Below are positions 9,208-19,315 of a stretch of DNA of 64,000 nucleotides, piece by piece; the stretch's first letter is position 1; each line of letters starts with the position of its first letter. Location of the stretch: positions 146,200 through 210,199 of the forward strand of contig CAYHJF010000001.1 of NCBI GenBank assembly GCA_964356915.1, given 5' to 3'. The notes beneath the pieces were generated by a model. The model searched no databases. It was given only the letters and a program-made list of their open reading frames with translations, and was not told where the DNA came from. The position numbers and the translations under genes were made by a program. This DNA comes from an uncultured Candidatus Saccharibacteria bacterium. GTDB taxonomy: Bacteria > Patescibacteriota > Minisyncoccia > Ryanbacterales > GWA2-47-10b.

Positions 9208-10426
9208 ACATTGGCTGAATCATTGAAACCGCGAAGAATCCGACAAATCCTCCAATCACAACCATCAACAAAGGCTCAATAACCGTTGAAAGATTACTCG
9301 TTGCATCCGATACCTGCCCCTCGTAGAAAAGAGCGACCTCGTTAAGCATCTTTGAACTCTCACCTGTCTCTTCTCCGACTGCGAGCATCTCACCCATCAG
9401 TGATGGATAGAGATGTTCATATTTCAAAAAAACTTTCGATATTGTCTCTCCTTTCTGAATGGAACTTTTTGCTTCCTGTAAAATGCTTGAGTACAAATGA
9501 TTTTGTATGATACGCGAGGTAATATCGAGCGCCTCGAGTACCTGTACGCCCGATGAAATCAAAGACGCGAGCGTACGCGCAGTACGAGCTGCATTAAATT
9601 TTTTCGCGATAGGTCCTATGATCGGAGCACGCACCGTAAAATTATCTATCAGATTTTTTCCTTGTTTCGTATGTACACCATATCGCACAGCAAAGACAGT
9701 CCCCACAAACCCAACAAGAGCCAAAAATCCGTGATTCTGCAAAAACTTCGATGTATTAATAATGAGCTGGGTACTAAACGGTAAATCAATCTTTAAATCT
9801 TCAAACACTTGAGTGAGTGTTGGCACGACATAAATCATCATCAACACGCCAATCAAAATCATGGCGCAGATAACAATTAATGGATACATCATGGCGCCGC
9901 GTATTTTCCGACGCAAATCATAATCAGACTGCATTTGAGTCGCGAGCACAGTCAATGCCTCTCGGAGCTGCCCGGACTTTTCACCCGCCTCTACCATCGC
10001 TGTATATAATGGAGGAAATACATCCGCATGAGTCCCAAGTGATTCAGAAAACGTCTTACCCTTGCGTACCTGTTCAACTACATCAGCAACTACTTCTTTA
10101 TAATGTGGATTTTGAGATTCGCGGGAGAGCGCCTCTAGCGCGCGTGTAAGCGGCAACCCCGCACCAATCATAACCCCAAGATTTTTTGAAAAAAGAATCT
10201 TGTCGATTAATTTAATGCGATTAAATATATTGAGAACGCGCTTGGAAAGCTGTGCTTGAGCTTGGTTAACGGCACTCTTACTCGATCCATCGGACTCCGA
10301 AGCAGAGAGGAGCATAAAGCCCTCTTGGCGAAGAACGCGAGCAAGCTCAAATCGATCACTCGCATCACGAACTCCCATCACCTCCTGTCCTTCCCGATCT
10401 CGAGATTTGTAATTAAAACGTGCCAT
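9185..10426 (-). CDS. pilC: type IV pilus assembly platform protein PilC (GspF family)
   Basis: Two GspF-type repeats (KNLGVMIGAGLPLTRALEAL ... SLMGEMLAVGEETGES) and three TM segments. 413 aa. Confidence 0.8.
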   Translation of the reverse strand: MARFNYKSRDREGQEVMGVRDASDRFELARVLRQEGFMLLSASESDGSSKSAVNQAQAQLSKRVLNIFNRIKLIDKILFSKNLGVMIGAGLPLTRALEALSRESQNPHYKEVVADVVEQVRKGKTFSESLGTHADVFPPLYTAMVEAGEKSGQLREALTVLATQMQSDYDLRRKIRGAMMYPLIVICAMILIGVLMMIYVVPTLTQVFEDLKIDLPFSTQLIINTSKFLQNHGFLALVGFVGTVFAVRYGVHTKQGKNLIDNFTVRAPIIGPIAKKFNAARTARTLASLISSGVQVLEALDITSRIIQNHLYSSILQEAKSSIQKGETISKVFLKYEHLYPSLMGEMLAVGEETGESSKMLNEVALFYEGQVSDATSNLSTVIEPLLMVVIGGFVGFFAVSMIQPMYGISSAI

Positions 10427-10485
10427 GCAAAAAGTCGTATTACTTACTATAGTAACACGACTTTTTGTAGATACGATGAATATCT

Positions 10486-12243
10486 TTACTCTTGAGTAAC
10501 TCGGAGCACCTCTTCAATTGTAGTCCTTCCTTCGGCTGCCTTAAAAATACCATCTTCAAGCATCGTCATCATGCCAGTCTTACGCGCGAGCGTATCAATA
10601 TCAGCCGCTGATGCATTTTTAATAACCATTTCTTTAATCGCCGGCGTCACTTGCAACACCTCATGAATGCTAATACGCCCTTGATATCCATCTGGTACAT
10701 CGGGCGTTGGCTCAGGAACGTAAAATGTTATATCTTCGAGCTGATCTTTTGGCCCGATAATTTTCTCAGTTCGTAAAAATTTCAACATGCGCTCAACATC
10801 AATAATATGCTCGAGCTGCGTAATCTCATCTTTATTTAGTTTATGTGGTTTCTTTGATTTATACAGTGTGCGAACAAGACGCTGAGCAATAATCACATTG
10901 ACTGTAGATGAAATTAAAAATGGCTCAACACCAAGATCAATGAGACGAGGAAGGGCGCCTGCGGCAGAATTAGTATGCAGCGTTGAAACAACGAGGTGAC
11001 CGGTGAGGGCAGCGTTAATCGCAAGATTGGCAGTCTCAGTATCACGAATCTCACCAACCATGATGATATCGGGGTCTTGGCGCAGTAACGATCGAAGTCC
11101 GTTTGCAAACGTAAACCCAATATCGGGACGAATCTGCGATTGATTCACGCGTTGCATACGATACTCGATCGGATCCTCAACGGTAGAGATATTAACCTCT
11201 GCGGAATTTAGTAAATCAAGCACCGTATATAGTGTTGTCGTCTTACCAGATCCCGTAGGCCCCGTAGCAAGAATCATGCCAACTGTTCGTTGGATATTTC
11301 TATGCAATGCCTCGAGCCCCTCGCCATGAAACCCCAGCGATTCAAGTGTAAAGCCCTGTGAATTTTCAGGGAGCAAACGCATAACAATTTTTTCACCATC
11401 ATAGACGGGAAGAACGGAAACACGAAAAGAGATCTTATACTCTGCCGTGTCTATCTTAAAACGTCCGTCTTGCGGCAAACGCTTTTCATCAAGTTTAAGT
11501 CCTGCGAGCACTTTTACGCGCGCAACGATCGCGGGAGCAACTTTTTTTGGTAATACCATCGCATCACGCAAAATACCGTCAATACGATATCGTACGACGA
11601 GTTCATTTTCAAATGGCTCGATATGAATATCAGAAACTTTTTGTAAAATCGCGTGCCGCACAAGCGTATCCACGATTTTTACAATCGGGAGTTCTTCGGC
11701 AATTTTCTTAAGATCAATCTCTCCCGCTTCCGTAGCCTCATCCGTCTTTACTCCAGCCGCGGTCAATAACTCGCTGTCACCTTTGATAATCTCGCCAAAT
11801 TCTACCTCGAGACTTTTTTGGTAAAGCGACAACAAATACTTCATTGACGCATCACTTGTTAACCGCGGCTTGATATCGAGATCGGCCTTTTTGCGGATAA
11901 ATTCGATCGTCTCCAAATCCTCCGGATCAAGCATTGCGACTTCGAGACTTCTTCCTTCCTTCTTATACGCCACCACATTATGCGTACGAGCAATCGGCTC
12001 TGGGATGATCTGAAGAACGATTGGATCAACCTTCTCACCCTCAAGACTGACAAAAGGAATGCCTAAAATATAACTTTGAAGCCGCCCAAGATCTTTTGCC
12101 GAAAGCTTTCCTTCTGTAACAAGAACGTCACCTGCGCGCTTATGTTCTGTCTCCGCTTTTTTGAGTGCAGCATCAATATCAGGTTCTGAAACAAGACCTG
12201 TATCAAGCAGAAAGGATTTAAATTGCTTCGGATCTATCCTCAT
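10486..12243 (-). CDS. pilB: type IV pilus assembly ATPase PilB (GspE family)
   Basis: N-terminal GSPII_E_N-like region. Walker A GPTGSGKTTTLY. Asp box and His box (VGEIRDTETA ... LVVSTLHTNSAAG). 585 aa. Confidence 0.85.
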   Translation of the reverse strand: MRIDPKQFKSFLLDTGLVSEPDIDAALKKAETEHKRAGDVLVTEGKLSAKDLGRLQSYILGIPFVSLEGEKVDPIVLQIIPEPIARTHNVVAYKKEGRSLEVAMLDPEDLETIEFIRKKADLDIKPRLTSDASMKYLLSLYQKSLEVEFGEIIKGDSELLTAAGVKTDEATEAGEIDLKKIAEELPIVKIVDTLVRHAILQKVSDIHIEPFENELVVRYRIDGILRDAMVLPKKVAPAIVARVKVLAGLKLDEKRLPQDGRFKIDTAEYKISFRVSVLPVYDGEKIVMRLLPENSQGFTLESLGFHGEGLEALHRNIQRTVGMILATGPTGSGKTTTLYTVLDLLNSAEVNISTVEDPIEYRMQRVNQSQIRPDIGFTFANGLRSLLRQDPDIIMVGEIRDTETANLAINAALTGHLVVSTLHTNSAAGALPRLIDLGVEPFLISSTVNVIIAQRLVRTLYKSKKPHKLNKDEITQLEHIIDVERMLKFLRTEKIIGPKDQLEDITFYVPEPTPDVPDGYQGRISIHEVLQVTPAIKEMVIKNASAADIDTLARKTGMMTMLEDGIFKAAEGRTTIEEVLRVTQE

Positions 12244-12608
12244 TCGCCAAGGACCTCTTTGACCTTCGCGAGCACTTCTTTAAGCGCATAATTTGCCTTG
12301 ATAAGATACCCGCGTGCACCAAGTTCAATCGATTTCATTACATCCTCACTCTCTTCAAGATTAGTTAACACAAGTACCGGAATATGTTTTGTCGTATCAT
12401 TCGATTTCATCTCTTTCAAAACATCAAATCCGTGCTTCTTCGGCAAAATAAGATCAAGCAACACGAGATCTGGTTTTGTTTCCGTAAGCTTTGTAGCAGC
12501 CTCCTCTCCATCAAATGCCTGCATAATTGTATACCCCGCACCTTCAAATGACTGCTTTAACGCATCCTGCAATGCCACCTCATCTTCTACAACAAGAATA
12601 GTTTTCAT
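12240..12608 (-). CDS. single-domain response regulator (CheY-like receiver)
   Basis: MKTILVVEDE ... DLVLLDLILP...HGFDVL...K: receiver-domain D/D/K residues. Start placed at the internal Met with RBS (agagga). Directly follows the kinase stop. Confidence 0.7.
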   Translation of the reverse strand: MKTILVVEDEVALQDALKQSFEGAGYTIMQAFDGEEAATKLTETKPDLVLLDLILPKKHGFDVLKEMKSNDTTKHIPVLVLTNLEESEDVMKSIELGARGYLIKANYALKEVLAKVKEVLGE

Positions 12609-12610
12609 AA

Positions 12611-13642
12611 TTATTTTTTTTCCTCTTGCTCCGCGCTCTGCTGTGACGCGCCTTGAATTAATGGGAGCCCAAACCAAAATGTCGATCCTTTACCTTCAAG
12701 CGAAGCAAACCCAACTCGTCCGCTCATCGCCTCAACAAGTGACTTCACAAGATACAAACCAAGGCCTGTACCGTGCGTACGAAGTCGAATTGCATTTTCC
12801 GCTCGAAAAAATTTTGTAAAAATCTGCGCCTGCTCTTTGATTGGAATACCAACACCCGTATCACTCACCTCGATACGGCCTGTGGCGCCGTCCTTGATAA
12901 TACGGATGGTCACTTCCCCTTGCTTCAGAGTATAGCGTAACGCATTGTCAATCAAATTTTCTGTCACCCAACGTAACTTTGATTGGTCAGCGAAAACCCA
13001 CAAAGGTCGCGCCTCTATTTCACACTCAATGCGTACCTCTGCTTGGGCTGCGAGCGGTTCATACCCTTTGGCGATTTGTTCAACAAACGAGTCAAGAGAA
13101 ATCATGACTGGGCGAAGAATCAATCGATCGTCTTCAATACGATTCACCTCGAGCAAATCATTAACAAGTACGATCATCCGTTCATTTTGCTCACGAAGCC
13201 CTCCCATCGTTGTCTGAAACTCTTGGGGCAAATCTTTCATCTTCTCGAGCATAATCTCAAGCTGCCACTTGATCGCGGACAATGGGGAGCGTAGTTGGTG
13301 AGAAACGATATTAACAAATTCTGACTTCATGCGCGACGCCTCAGCCAGCTTTTGAAATGCCGCTACGAACGCGTGCCCAATAATAAAGAGGAAGCCCGCC
13401 ATAATAGAAACCGCCATTACGACAACTGCAGGGTCATCTGAATACGCTCGCGCGAGCACAGTTGTAATCAACATCGCGGCGATAATAATAATACCCATCA
13501 CAATAAATAAAAATTGCGGACAGGCAAAAATGGAGACTTTATAGTACCCGCATTGCTCCTTAATATTGAGGCCCCGAAAAAATCCTTGGAACATTACTTC
13601 TATTATATGCAAATGAGGACCTCTTGACACTGGGTATAACAA
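12611..13642 (-). CDS. sensor histidine kinase (2 TM, HisKA + HATPase_c)
   Basis: H-box SHQLRSPL. N, D and G boxes (NLIDNALRYT, DTGVGIP, GTGLGL). Two N-terminal TM helices. True start may be the internal Met at 13594. Confidence 0.75.
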   Translation of the reverse strand: MLYPVSRGPHLHIIEVMFQGFFRGLNIKEQCGYYKVSIFACPQFLFIVMGIIIIAAMLITTVLARAYSDDPAVVVMAVSIMAGFLFIIGHAFVAAFQKLAEASRMKSEFVNIVSHQLRSPLSAIKWQLEIMLEKMKDLPQEFQTTMGGLREQNERMIVLVNDLLEVNRIEDDRLILRPVMISLDSFVEQIAKGYEPLAAQAEVRIECEIEARPLWVFADQSKLRWVTENLIDNALRYTLKQGEVTIRIIKDGATGRIEVSDTGVGIPIKEQAQIFTKFFRAENAIRLRTHGTGLGLYLVKSLVEAMSGRVGFASLEGKGSTFWFGLPLIQGASQQSAEQEEKK

Positions 13643-13673
13643 TGCTACGCTGTAGGCATTCCTGATGTTCTTG

Positions 13674-13706
13674 AAAAGGTCCGCGCCGCGGGCCTTTTTT
13701 GTAAGA
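13674..13706. other. GC-rich hairpin flanked by A-run and T-run in the divergent kinase/nusA intergenic region
   Basis: aaaa-ggtccg-cgccg-cgggcc-tttttt. Confidence 0.3.
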
Positions 13707-13749
13707 TGGAATCCCTATTATTCGCCTACATACTTTTAGGAAACTGCTC

Positions 13750-14937
13750 ATGGATCTTAAAAACCTCAAAGCAGCTCTCGATGAGCTCGCTGAAGAAAAA
13801 GGAATCGCAAAAGAAAAGGTCATTGAAACAATTGAGATGGCTCTTGCTGCCGCCTATAAACGTGATTACGGAAAAAAGGCTCAAATCGTACGTGCAATAT
13901 TTGACCTCGATACCGGTGGCGCATCGTTCCGTCAAATAAAAATCGTTCTCGATGAATCAATGATCAAGCCTGAGGATGAAACGGGCGGAGAAGAATCTGA
14001 AACTCAAGAAGAGTCAGTGGATGGCATCAAGAAAGTCCGTTTTAATGAAGAGCGCCACATCATGATCGATGAAGCTCGTAAGCTCAAAAAAGATGTCACA
14101 CCTGGTGAGGAACTCGAGTTTCCTCTAGAAATGCATAAAGACTACGGAAGAATCGCCGCGCAAACCGCGAAACAAGTCATCATCCAACGCATTCGAGAGG
14201 CGGAACGAGAAGCAATCTTTGATGAATTCCGTGGAAAAGATGGCTCTGTCGTAAGTGGCATCGTGCAACGAGTTGAGGGACGCAACGTATTCCTTGATCT
14301 CGGCCGTACAACCGCACTCCTTCCTTATGAAGAACAAATTCCTCATGAACGCTATCGCATGGGCGAGCGCATTAAAGGCCTTTTGCTGTTTTCTGAAAAA
14401 GGCACTCGTATGCCAAGCCTCTTTATCTCGCGCTCTCATCCAAAGTTCGTACTTAAACTCTTTGAAATGGAAGTCCCCGAGATCGCTCAAGGTCTTGTCG
14501 AGGTAAAAAATATTGCCCGTGAAGCTGGCTCTCGATCAAAAATCGCTGTTTCCTCAAAAGAAGACGGCGTCGATCCGGTCGGATCGCTCGTTGGACAAAA
14601 GGGCGTTCGTGTTGATACGGTCATCGCAGAACTTGGTGGTGAAAAAATCGATATTATTGAATGGTCTGACAATGCCGAACGCTTTATTAAAAATTCTTTG
14701 TCCCCCGCAAAAGTTCTTAGTATCGAACTCGATGCAGGAATGGCTACGGCGACCGTAACCGTAGACGAAGGCCAACTTTCCCTCGCGATTGGACGCAATG
14801 GACAAAACGTTCGTCTTGCCGCGAAACTGACTGGGTGGAAGATCGATATTGTAGGGCCAAACGCATCCCCTACTACAGATGAACCATCTGAAGAAAATGT
14901 CGAGACAAAAGAAAACAACGAATCATTAGAAGAATAA
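13750..14937 (+). CDS. nusA: transcription termination/antitermination factor NusA
   Basis: N-terminal NusA domain ([14 protein letters not shown]), S1 and two KH domains (GxxG motifs such as [11 protein letters not shown]), acidic tail. Confidence 0.85.
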   Translation: MDLKNLKAALDELAEEKGIAKEKVIETIEMALAAAYKRDYGKKAQIVRAIFDLDTGGASFRQIKIVLDESMIKPEDETGGEESETQEESVDGIKKVRFNEERHIMIDEARKLKKDVTPGEELEFPLEMHKDYGRIAAQTAKQVIIQRIREAEREAIFDEFRGKDGSVVSGIVQRVEGRNVFLDLGRTTALLPYEEQIPHERYRMGERIKGLLLFSEKGTRMPSLFISRSHPKFVLKLFEMEVPEIAQGLVEVKNIAREAGSRSKIAVSSKEDGVDPVGSLVGQKGVRVDTVIAELGGEKIDIIEWSDNAERFIKNSLSPAKVLSIELDAGMATATVTVDEGQLSLAIGRNGQNVRLAAKLTGWKIDIVGPNASPTTDEPSEENVETKENNESLEE

Positions 14938-14947
14938 CCTATTATAT

Positions 14948-16990
14948 ATGGAAGCAGCACTTTCATTCGTACAAAAATTTAGTGAGATTATTGTATTTGG
15001 ATCGTCGGTCATTGCCATCATTACCGCACTCTTACTCCGTCGCTCGATCGCCAAGCTGCCAGAAGGCACAGAAAAAATGCAAGAAATTGCAGAAGCAATT
15101 CGCGAAGGATCGTTTGCGTTTCTCAAGCGTCAATATACTACAATAGCAATCGTTGCTGTCATACTATTTGTTGCGCTGTTCTTTACCTTTAACCACGAGA
15201 CTGCTTTCGGTTTTGCAGTTGGCGCAGTTACCTCCGCGCTTGCAGGATATATTGGTATGCAAACTGCAGTTATGGCAAATGTTCGCACGACTGAAGCAGC
15301 TCGCCATAGCATCAAGTCAGCATTTAACGTCGCCTACCGTGGCGGCGCAGTAACAGGATTTCTTGTTGCAGGATTGGCACTTCTTGCCGTATCACTCTCA
15401 TATGCCATGTCGATCATCCAAAACCCTCAAACCGATCTCAGCGGCCTCATTGGTCTTGGCTTCGGTGCATCCCTAATCTCTGTCTTTGCTCGCTTAGGTG
15501 GAGGAATCTTTACCAAAGGCGCTGACGTTGGAGCAGATTTAGTCGGGAAAGTAGAAGCTGGAATCCCAGAAGATGATCCTCGAAACCCTGCGGTTATTGC
15601 AGATAACGTTGGTGATAACGTTGGAGACGACGCTGGTATGGCCGCTGATCTTTTTGAAACTTATGCGGTCACACTTGTTGCCGTATTATTACTTTCAGGA
15701 TATCTCGATGATCGATTTGCAATTTACCCCCTTCTTTTAGGAGCAGTTGCACTCATCGCATCAATTATAGGATTCTTCTTCGCAAAAGTTGAGAACGAGC
15801 ACACAATTATGCGCGGTCTCTACCGCTCACTTCTTGCAACATGTATTTTTTCAGCCGGAGGATTTTTACTCGTTTCTCGTTCACTCTTCCCAACACTTTG
15901 GCAACCACTCTTTTACTCCAGCCTCGTTGGTCTCGGAGTAACTGCGGGTATGGTCTTGGTCACAGAATACTACACATCAAAAAGCTATCGCCCCGTAAAA
16001 GGAATCGCGGAAGCATCTGAATCAGGACATGGTACCAACGTAATTATGGGGCTCGCTTACGGCATGGAAGCAACATTTGCGCCGATCATTATCATCACCG
16101 CAGGCATGCTCATTTCATTTGCGTTCGCTGGACTGTATGGCGTCGCGATTGCCGCATTCAGCATGGTTTCACTCTCTGGCATTATCGTCTCCATCGATGC
16201 GTTTGGTCCAATTACTGACAACGCAGGAGGTATTGCGGAGATGGCAGGACTTCCTGCCGACGTTCGCAAAAATACCGATCCACTTGACGCAGTCGGAAAC
16301 ACAACGAAAGCGGTTACCAAAGGATATGCTATCGCATCGGCAGGACTCGCGGCTATCGTTCTCTTTTCAGTTTATGTAAATGAAGTGCATCGATTACTTC
16401 GCGGAGCGGCAGACTTTGCAGGAGGAGATGTCTCATTCGATATCTCAAACCCCCTCGTTCTTGCGGGACTCTTCATTGGAGGCTCTCTTCCATATCTCTT
16501 TGGCTCAATGGCGATGCGTGCCGTCGGAAAAGCTGCGGGCTCAATCGTCACCGAAGTACGCCGACAATTTCGTGAGATCCCCGGTATTATGGAAGGAACA
16601 GGAAAACCTGACTATGCTCGCGCCGTTGATATCGTTACTCGCGCAGCACTTCGTGAGATGGTTCTCCCTGCAATCGTGCCTATCGCGGTCACGCTCGGGG
16701 TCGGATTTATCCTCGGCCCTATCGCACTCGGCGGACTTCTCATTGGCGTTATCGTTACCGGACTCTTCGTTGGACTCTCTATGACATCAGGAGGAGCTGC
16801 GTGGGACAACGCAAAGAAATATATTGAAGACGGACATCATGGTGGCAAGAAATCTCCCGCTCACCAAGCAGCAGTTACCGGAGACACGGTCGGCGATCCC
16901 TACAAAGACACTGCGGGTCCTGCGATCAACCCAATGATCAAAGTAGTGAATATCGTTGCACTTCTCATTGTCGGCCTCTTAATTGGTTAA
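14948..16990 (+). CDS. hppA: membrane-bound proton/sodium-translocating pyrophosphatase
   Basis: About 15 TM helices. Signature [19 protein letters not shown] and DNVGDNVGD of V-type H+-PPases. 680 aa. Confidence 0.85.
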   Translation: MEAALSFVQKFSEIIVFGSSVIAIITALLLRRSIAKLPEGTEKMQEIAEAIREGSFAFLKRQYTTIAIVAVILFVALFFTFNHETAFGFAVGAVTSALAGYIGMQTAVMANVRTTEAARHSIKSAFNVAYRGGAVTGFLVAGLALLAVSLSYAMSIIQNPQTDLSGLIGLGFGASLISVFARLGGGIFTKGADVGADLVGKVEAGIPEDDPRNPAVIADNVGDNVGDDAGMAADLFETYAVTLVAVLLLSGYLDDRFAIYPLLLGAVALIASIIGFFFAKVENEHTIMRGLYRSLLATCIFSAGGFLLVSRSLFPTLWQPLFYSSLVGLGVTAGMVLVTEYYTSKSYRPVKGIAEASESGHGTNVIMGLAYGMEATFAPIIIITAGMLISFAFAGLYGVAIAAFSMVSLSGIIVSIDAFGPITDNAGGIAEMAGLPADVRKNTDPLDAVGNTTKAVTKGYAIASAGLAAIVLFSVYVNEVHRLLRGAADFAGGDVSFDISNPLVLAGLFIGGSLPYLFGSMAMRAVGKAAGSIVTEVRRQFREIPGIMEGTGKPDYARAVDIVTRAALREMVLPAIVPIAVTLGVGFILGPIALGGLLIGVIVTGLFVGLSMTSGGAAWDNAKKYIEDGHHGGKKSPAHQAAVTGDTVGDPYKDTAGPAINPMIKVVNIVALLIVGLLIG

Positions 16991-16996
16991 TACTCT

Positions 16997-18010
16997 ATGA
17001 ATTCAACCGTAACAAACCTCCCGAAATCACGGATCGAGGTTAAAGGAACTCTACCCGCATCAACGTTTGATGAATGGGTCAAAAAAGCAACTGCAGTATT
17101 TGTTGAGAACACTGAGATCCAAGGGTTTCGAAAAGGAAAAGCGCCAGAAAAAATGGTTGTCGAATCAGTGGGAGACGGACGTATCCTCGAAGCAGCCGCG
17201 GAAAAAGCATTGCAAGCCGAATGGCCAACTATTCTTGCGGAGCACAAAATCGAAGCAATTGGCCCCGCAGAATTTCACATCCTCAAACTTGCGCGTGGGA
17301 ATGATCTTGAATGGAAGGCAGAAGTCACCATACTTCCCGTAATCACACTCCCTGACTACAAAACGATCGCAAAAGAAGCAAACACAAAAAAAGAAAAAAT
17401 TGATCCGGAGCCAACTGAAAAAGAAATTGAAGAAACACTTCAATACATCGCGCGTTCACGTACCGAGGAAGGAAAAGAACCTCCAACGATCGACGACGAC
17501 TACGCTCGGGTAATTGGGAACTTTTCGGACTTGGCTGCGTTAAAGAAGAGTATCGAAGATGGTATTCGTCTTGAAAAAGACCAAAAAAATCGCGAGGCTC
17601 ATCGGATGGCAATTATTACTACAATCGCAGAGATCATTATGATGGATATCCCAGATCTCCTCATTACCATGGAAAAAGAAAAAATGCTCCATGAACTTCA
17701 AAGCAGTATCGCTGAGATGGGACTTGAATGGAATAAGTATCTCGAACACCTCAAAAAAACAGAAGAGAGTCTTAAACAAGAATGGGATAAGGACGCTGAA
17801 AAACGCGTACGCGTTGCATTCTCACTTCGTGAAATCGCACGCACAGAATCCATCGAACCAAGCCCCGAAGAAATAAAAGAAAAAGTCGACTACTACCTTG
17901 CACCGTATTCTGAAGAAGAACAAGCAAATCTTGACCATCACCGCATCGAAGAATACGCTAGAGGTACTATTAGAAATGAAAAAGTATTTCAACTTCTCGA
18001 AACATGTTAA
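16997..18010 (+). CDS. tig: trigger factor (short form)
   Basis: N-terminal ribosome-binding signature GFRKGKAP. Located immediately upstream of clpP (conserved tig-clpP synteny). 337 aa, apparently lacking a full PPIase domain. Confidence 0.65.
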   Translation: MNSTVTNLPKSRIEVKGTLPASTFDEWVKKATAVFVENTEIQGFRKGKAPEKMVVESVGDGRILEAAAEKALQAEWPTILAEHKIEAIGPAEFHILKLARGNDLEWKAEVTILPVITLPDYKTIAKEANTKKEKIDPEPTEKEIEETLQYIARSRTEEGKEPPTIDDDYARVIGNFSDLAALKKSIEDGIRLEKDQKNREAHRMAIITTIAEIIMMDIPDLLITMEKEKMLHELQSSIAEMGLEWNKYLEHLKKTEESLKQEWDKDAEKRVRVAFSLREIARTESIEPSPEEIKEKVDYYLAPYSEEEQANLDHHRIEEYARGTIRNEKVFQLLETC

Positions 18011-18594
18011 TCCCAACAGTCATTGAAAAATCAACGTATGGCGAACGTGCCTACGACATATACTCGCGACTCTTAAAAGACCGCATCGTATTTTTAGGCA
18101 CCGGTATTAATGATCAAGTTGCAAACGCGATCATCGCCCAATTTTTGTTTCTTGAACTTCAAGATCCAAAAGAAGACATCCACTTTTACATCAACTCTCC
18201 TGGTGGATCGGTTTCGGCAACACTTGCAATCTACGACACCATGCAACATGTCAAACCAAATATTGCGACAATCTGCATAGGACTTGCCGCATCTGGTGGA
18301 GCAATTTTGCTCGCCGGAGGACAGAAGGGTAAACGTTATGCGCTTCCAAACTCTGAAGTCATGATTCATCAAGTACTTGGTGCGGCCGAGGGACAAGCAA
18401 CTGAAATCGAAATTTCAGCCCGACACATCCTTAAGATTAAAGATCGGCTCAATAAAATTCTCTCAAAACACTCCGGCCAATCATACGACAAAATTGAAAA
18501 AGATACCGACCGCGACTTCTTTATGGACGCCGATGAAGCAAAAAAATATGGCCTCATCGATGAGGTCATCAAGCCAAAAGGTGGCGGAAAATAG
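18004..18594 (+). CDS. clpP: ATP-dependent Clp protease proteolytic subunit
   Basis: [15 protein letters not shown] (Ser nucleophile), MIHQ (His), and the rest of the ClpP family pattern. 196 aa. Confidence 0.9.
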   Translation: MLIPTVIEKSTYGERAYDIYSRLLKDRIVFLGTGINDQVANAIIAQFLFLELQDPKEDIHFYINSPGGSVSATLAIYDTMQHVKPNIATICIGLAASGGAILLAGGQKGKRYALPNSEVMIHQVLGAAEGQATEIEISARHILKIKDRLNKILSKHSGQSYDKIEKDTDRDFFMDADEAKKYGLIDEVIKPKGGGK

Positions 18595-18600
18595 AAGAAT

Positions 18601-18631
18601 ATAAAATGCCCTCAACGGGGCATTTTGTTTT
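18601..18631 (+). terminator. rho-independent terminator after clpP
   Basis: aaaatgccc-tcaacg-gggcatttt followed by T-run. Confidence 0.7.
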
Positions 18632-18642
18632 AAAAAGATATC

Positions 18643-19245
18643 TCATGTCGGAAGTTTTGTTATTGCAACAAGAAGTTTACGTACACAATCAATCTGCATG
18701 ATCGCTGCTGTGCGCCACGCCCCAACAGACCGATATCCACCAATATTCCCGAGAATATGAAAGAACTCACGAGCATGTTTGTCGAGCATTTCGGTTGTAA
18801 CCTCTTTCACGGCCAGCGGCTTTCCTCTCTGATCCAACCGTACAAGCTCAGAATTGATTAAACCGCTCGGAGTGACGACATTGCGATACCCAAAATAGAT
18901 ACGCTCTGCAAGTGTATTGGTAGGTAGAGCTATCGTAGATGCAAGACGCGGAACCCATTGCCCGCTTTCTCTCAATCCAGAAACTGTACATACCACACAC
19001 TGTGGTCCCTTTCGTCCCGAAATGAATTTTGGGACAACCTGTATCTCTTGATGAGCGAAATACGTATCCCTCTCCTCGGGGAAAGAAAGGCCTTGAGGAT
19101 AAAAATCCACCTCCTCCCACACGTCTCGCTCATATCCATATTCCCGTAACACAATATCTTCTGTCATCCTTAACGCCAAAAGAGTTGGTACAAAAAGCTT
19201 TTGAGGCGAAAAATTATGGTGACCGCTAAAGCGCCAGCTGTTCAT
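18643..19245 (-). CDS. hypothetical protein (200 aa)
   Basis: Long ORF with good spacing to neighbours. No motif recognised by eye. Confidence 0.4.
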   Translation of the reverse strand: MNSWRFSGHHNFSPQKLFVPTLLALRMTEDIVLREYGYERDVWEEVDFYPQGLSFPEERDTYFAHQEIQVVPKFISGRKGPQCVVCTVSGLRESGQWVPRLASTIALPTNTLAERIYFGYRNVVTPSGLINSELVRLDQRGKPLAVKEVTTEMLDKHAREFFHILGNIGGYRSVGAWRTAAIMQIDCVRKLLVAITKLPT

Positions 19246-19315
19246 AGCACATAACCTCTAAGAACAGATTTACATAAAAATCATATTTTGTCAATATGCG
19301 TGTACCACCAACTTC

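Noticed and set aside
18004-18640. Expected clpX directly after tig-clpP
   Set aside because: clpP is followed by a strong terminator and a convergent gene. clpX is not in this window, so no call is made.
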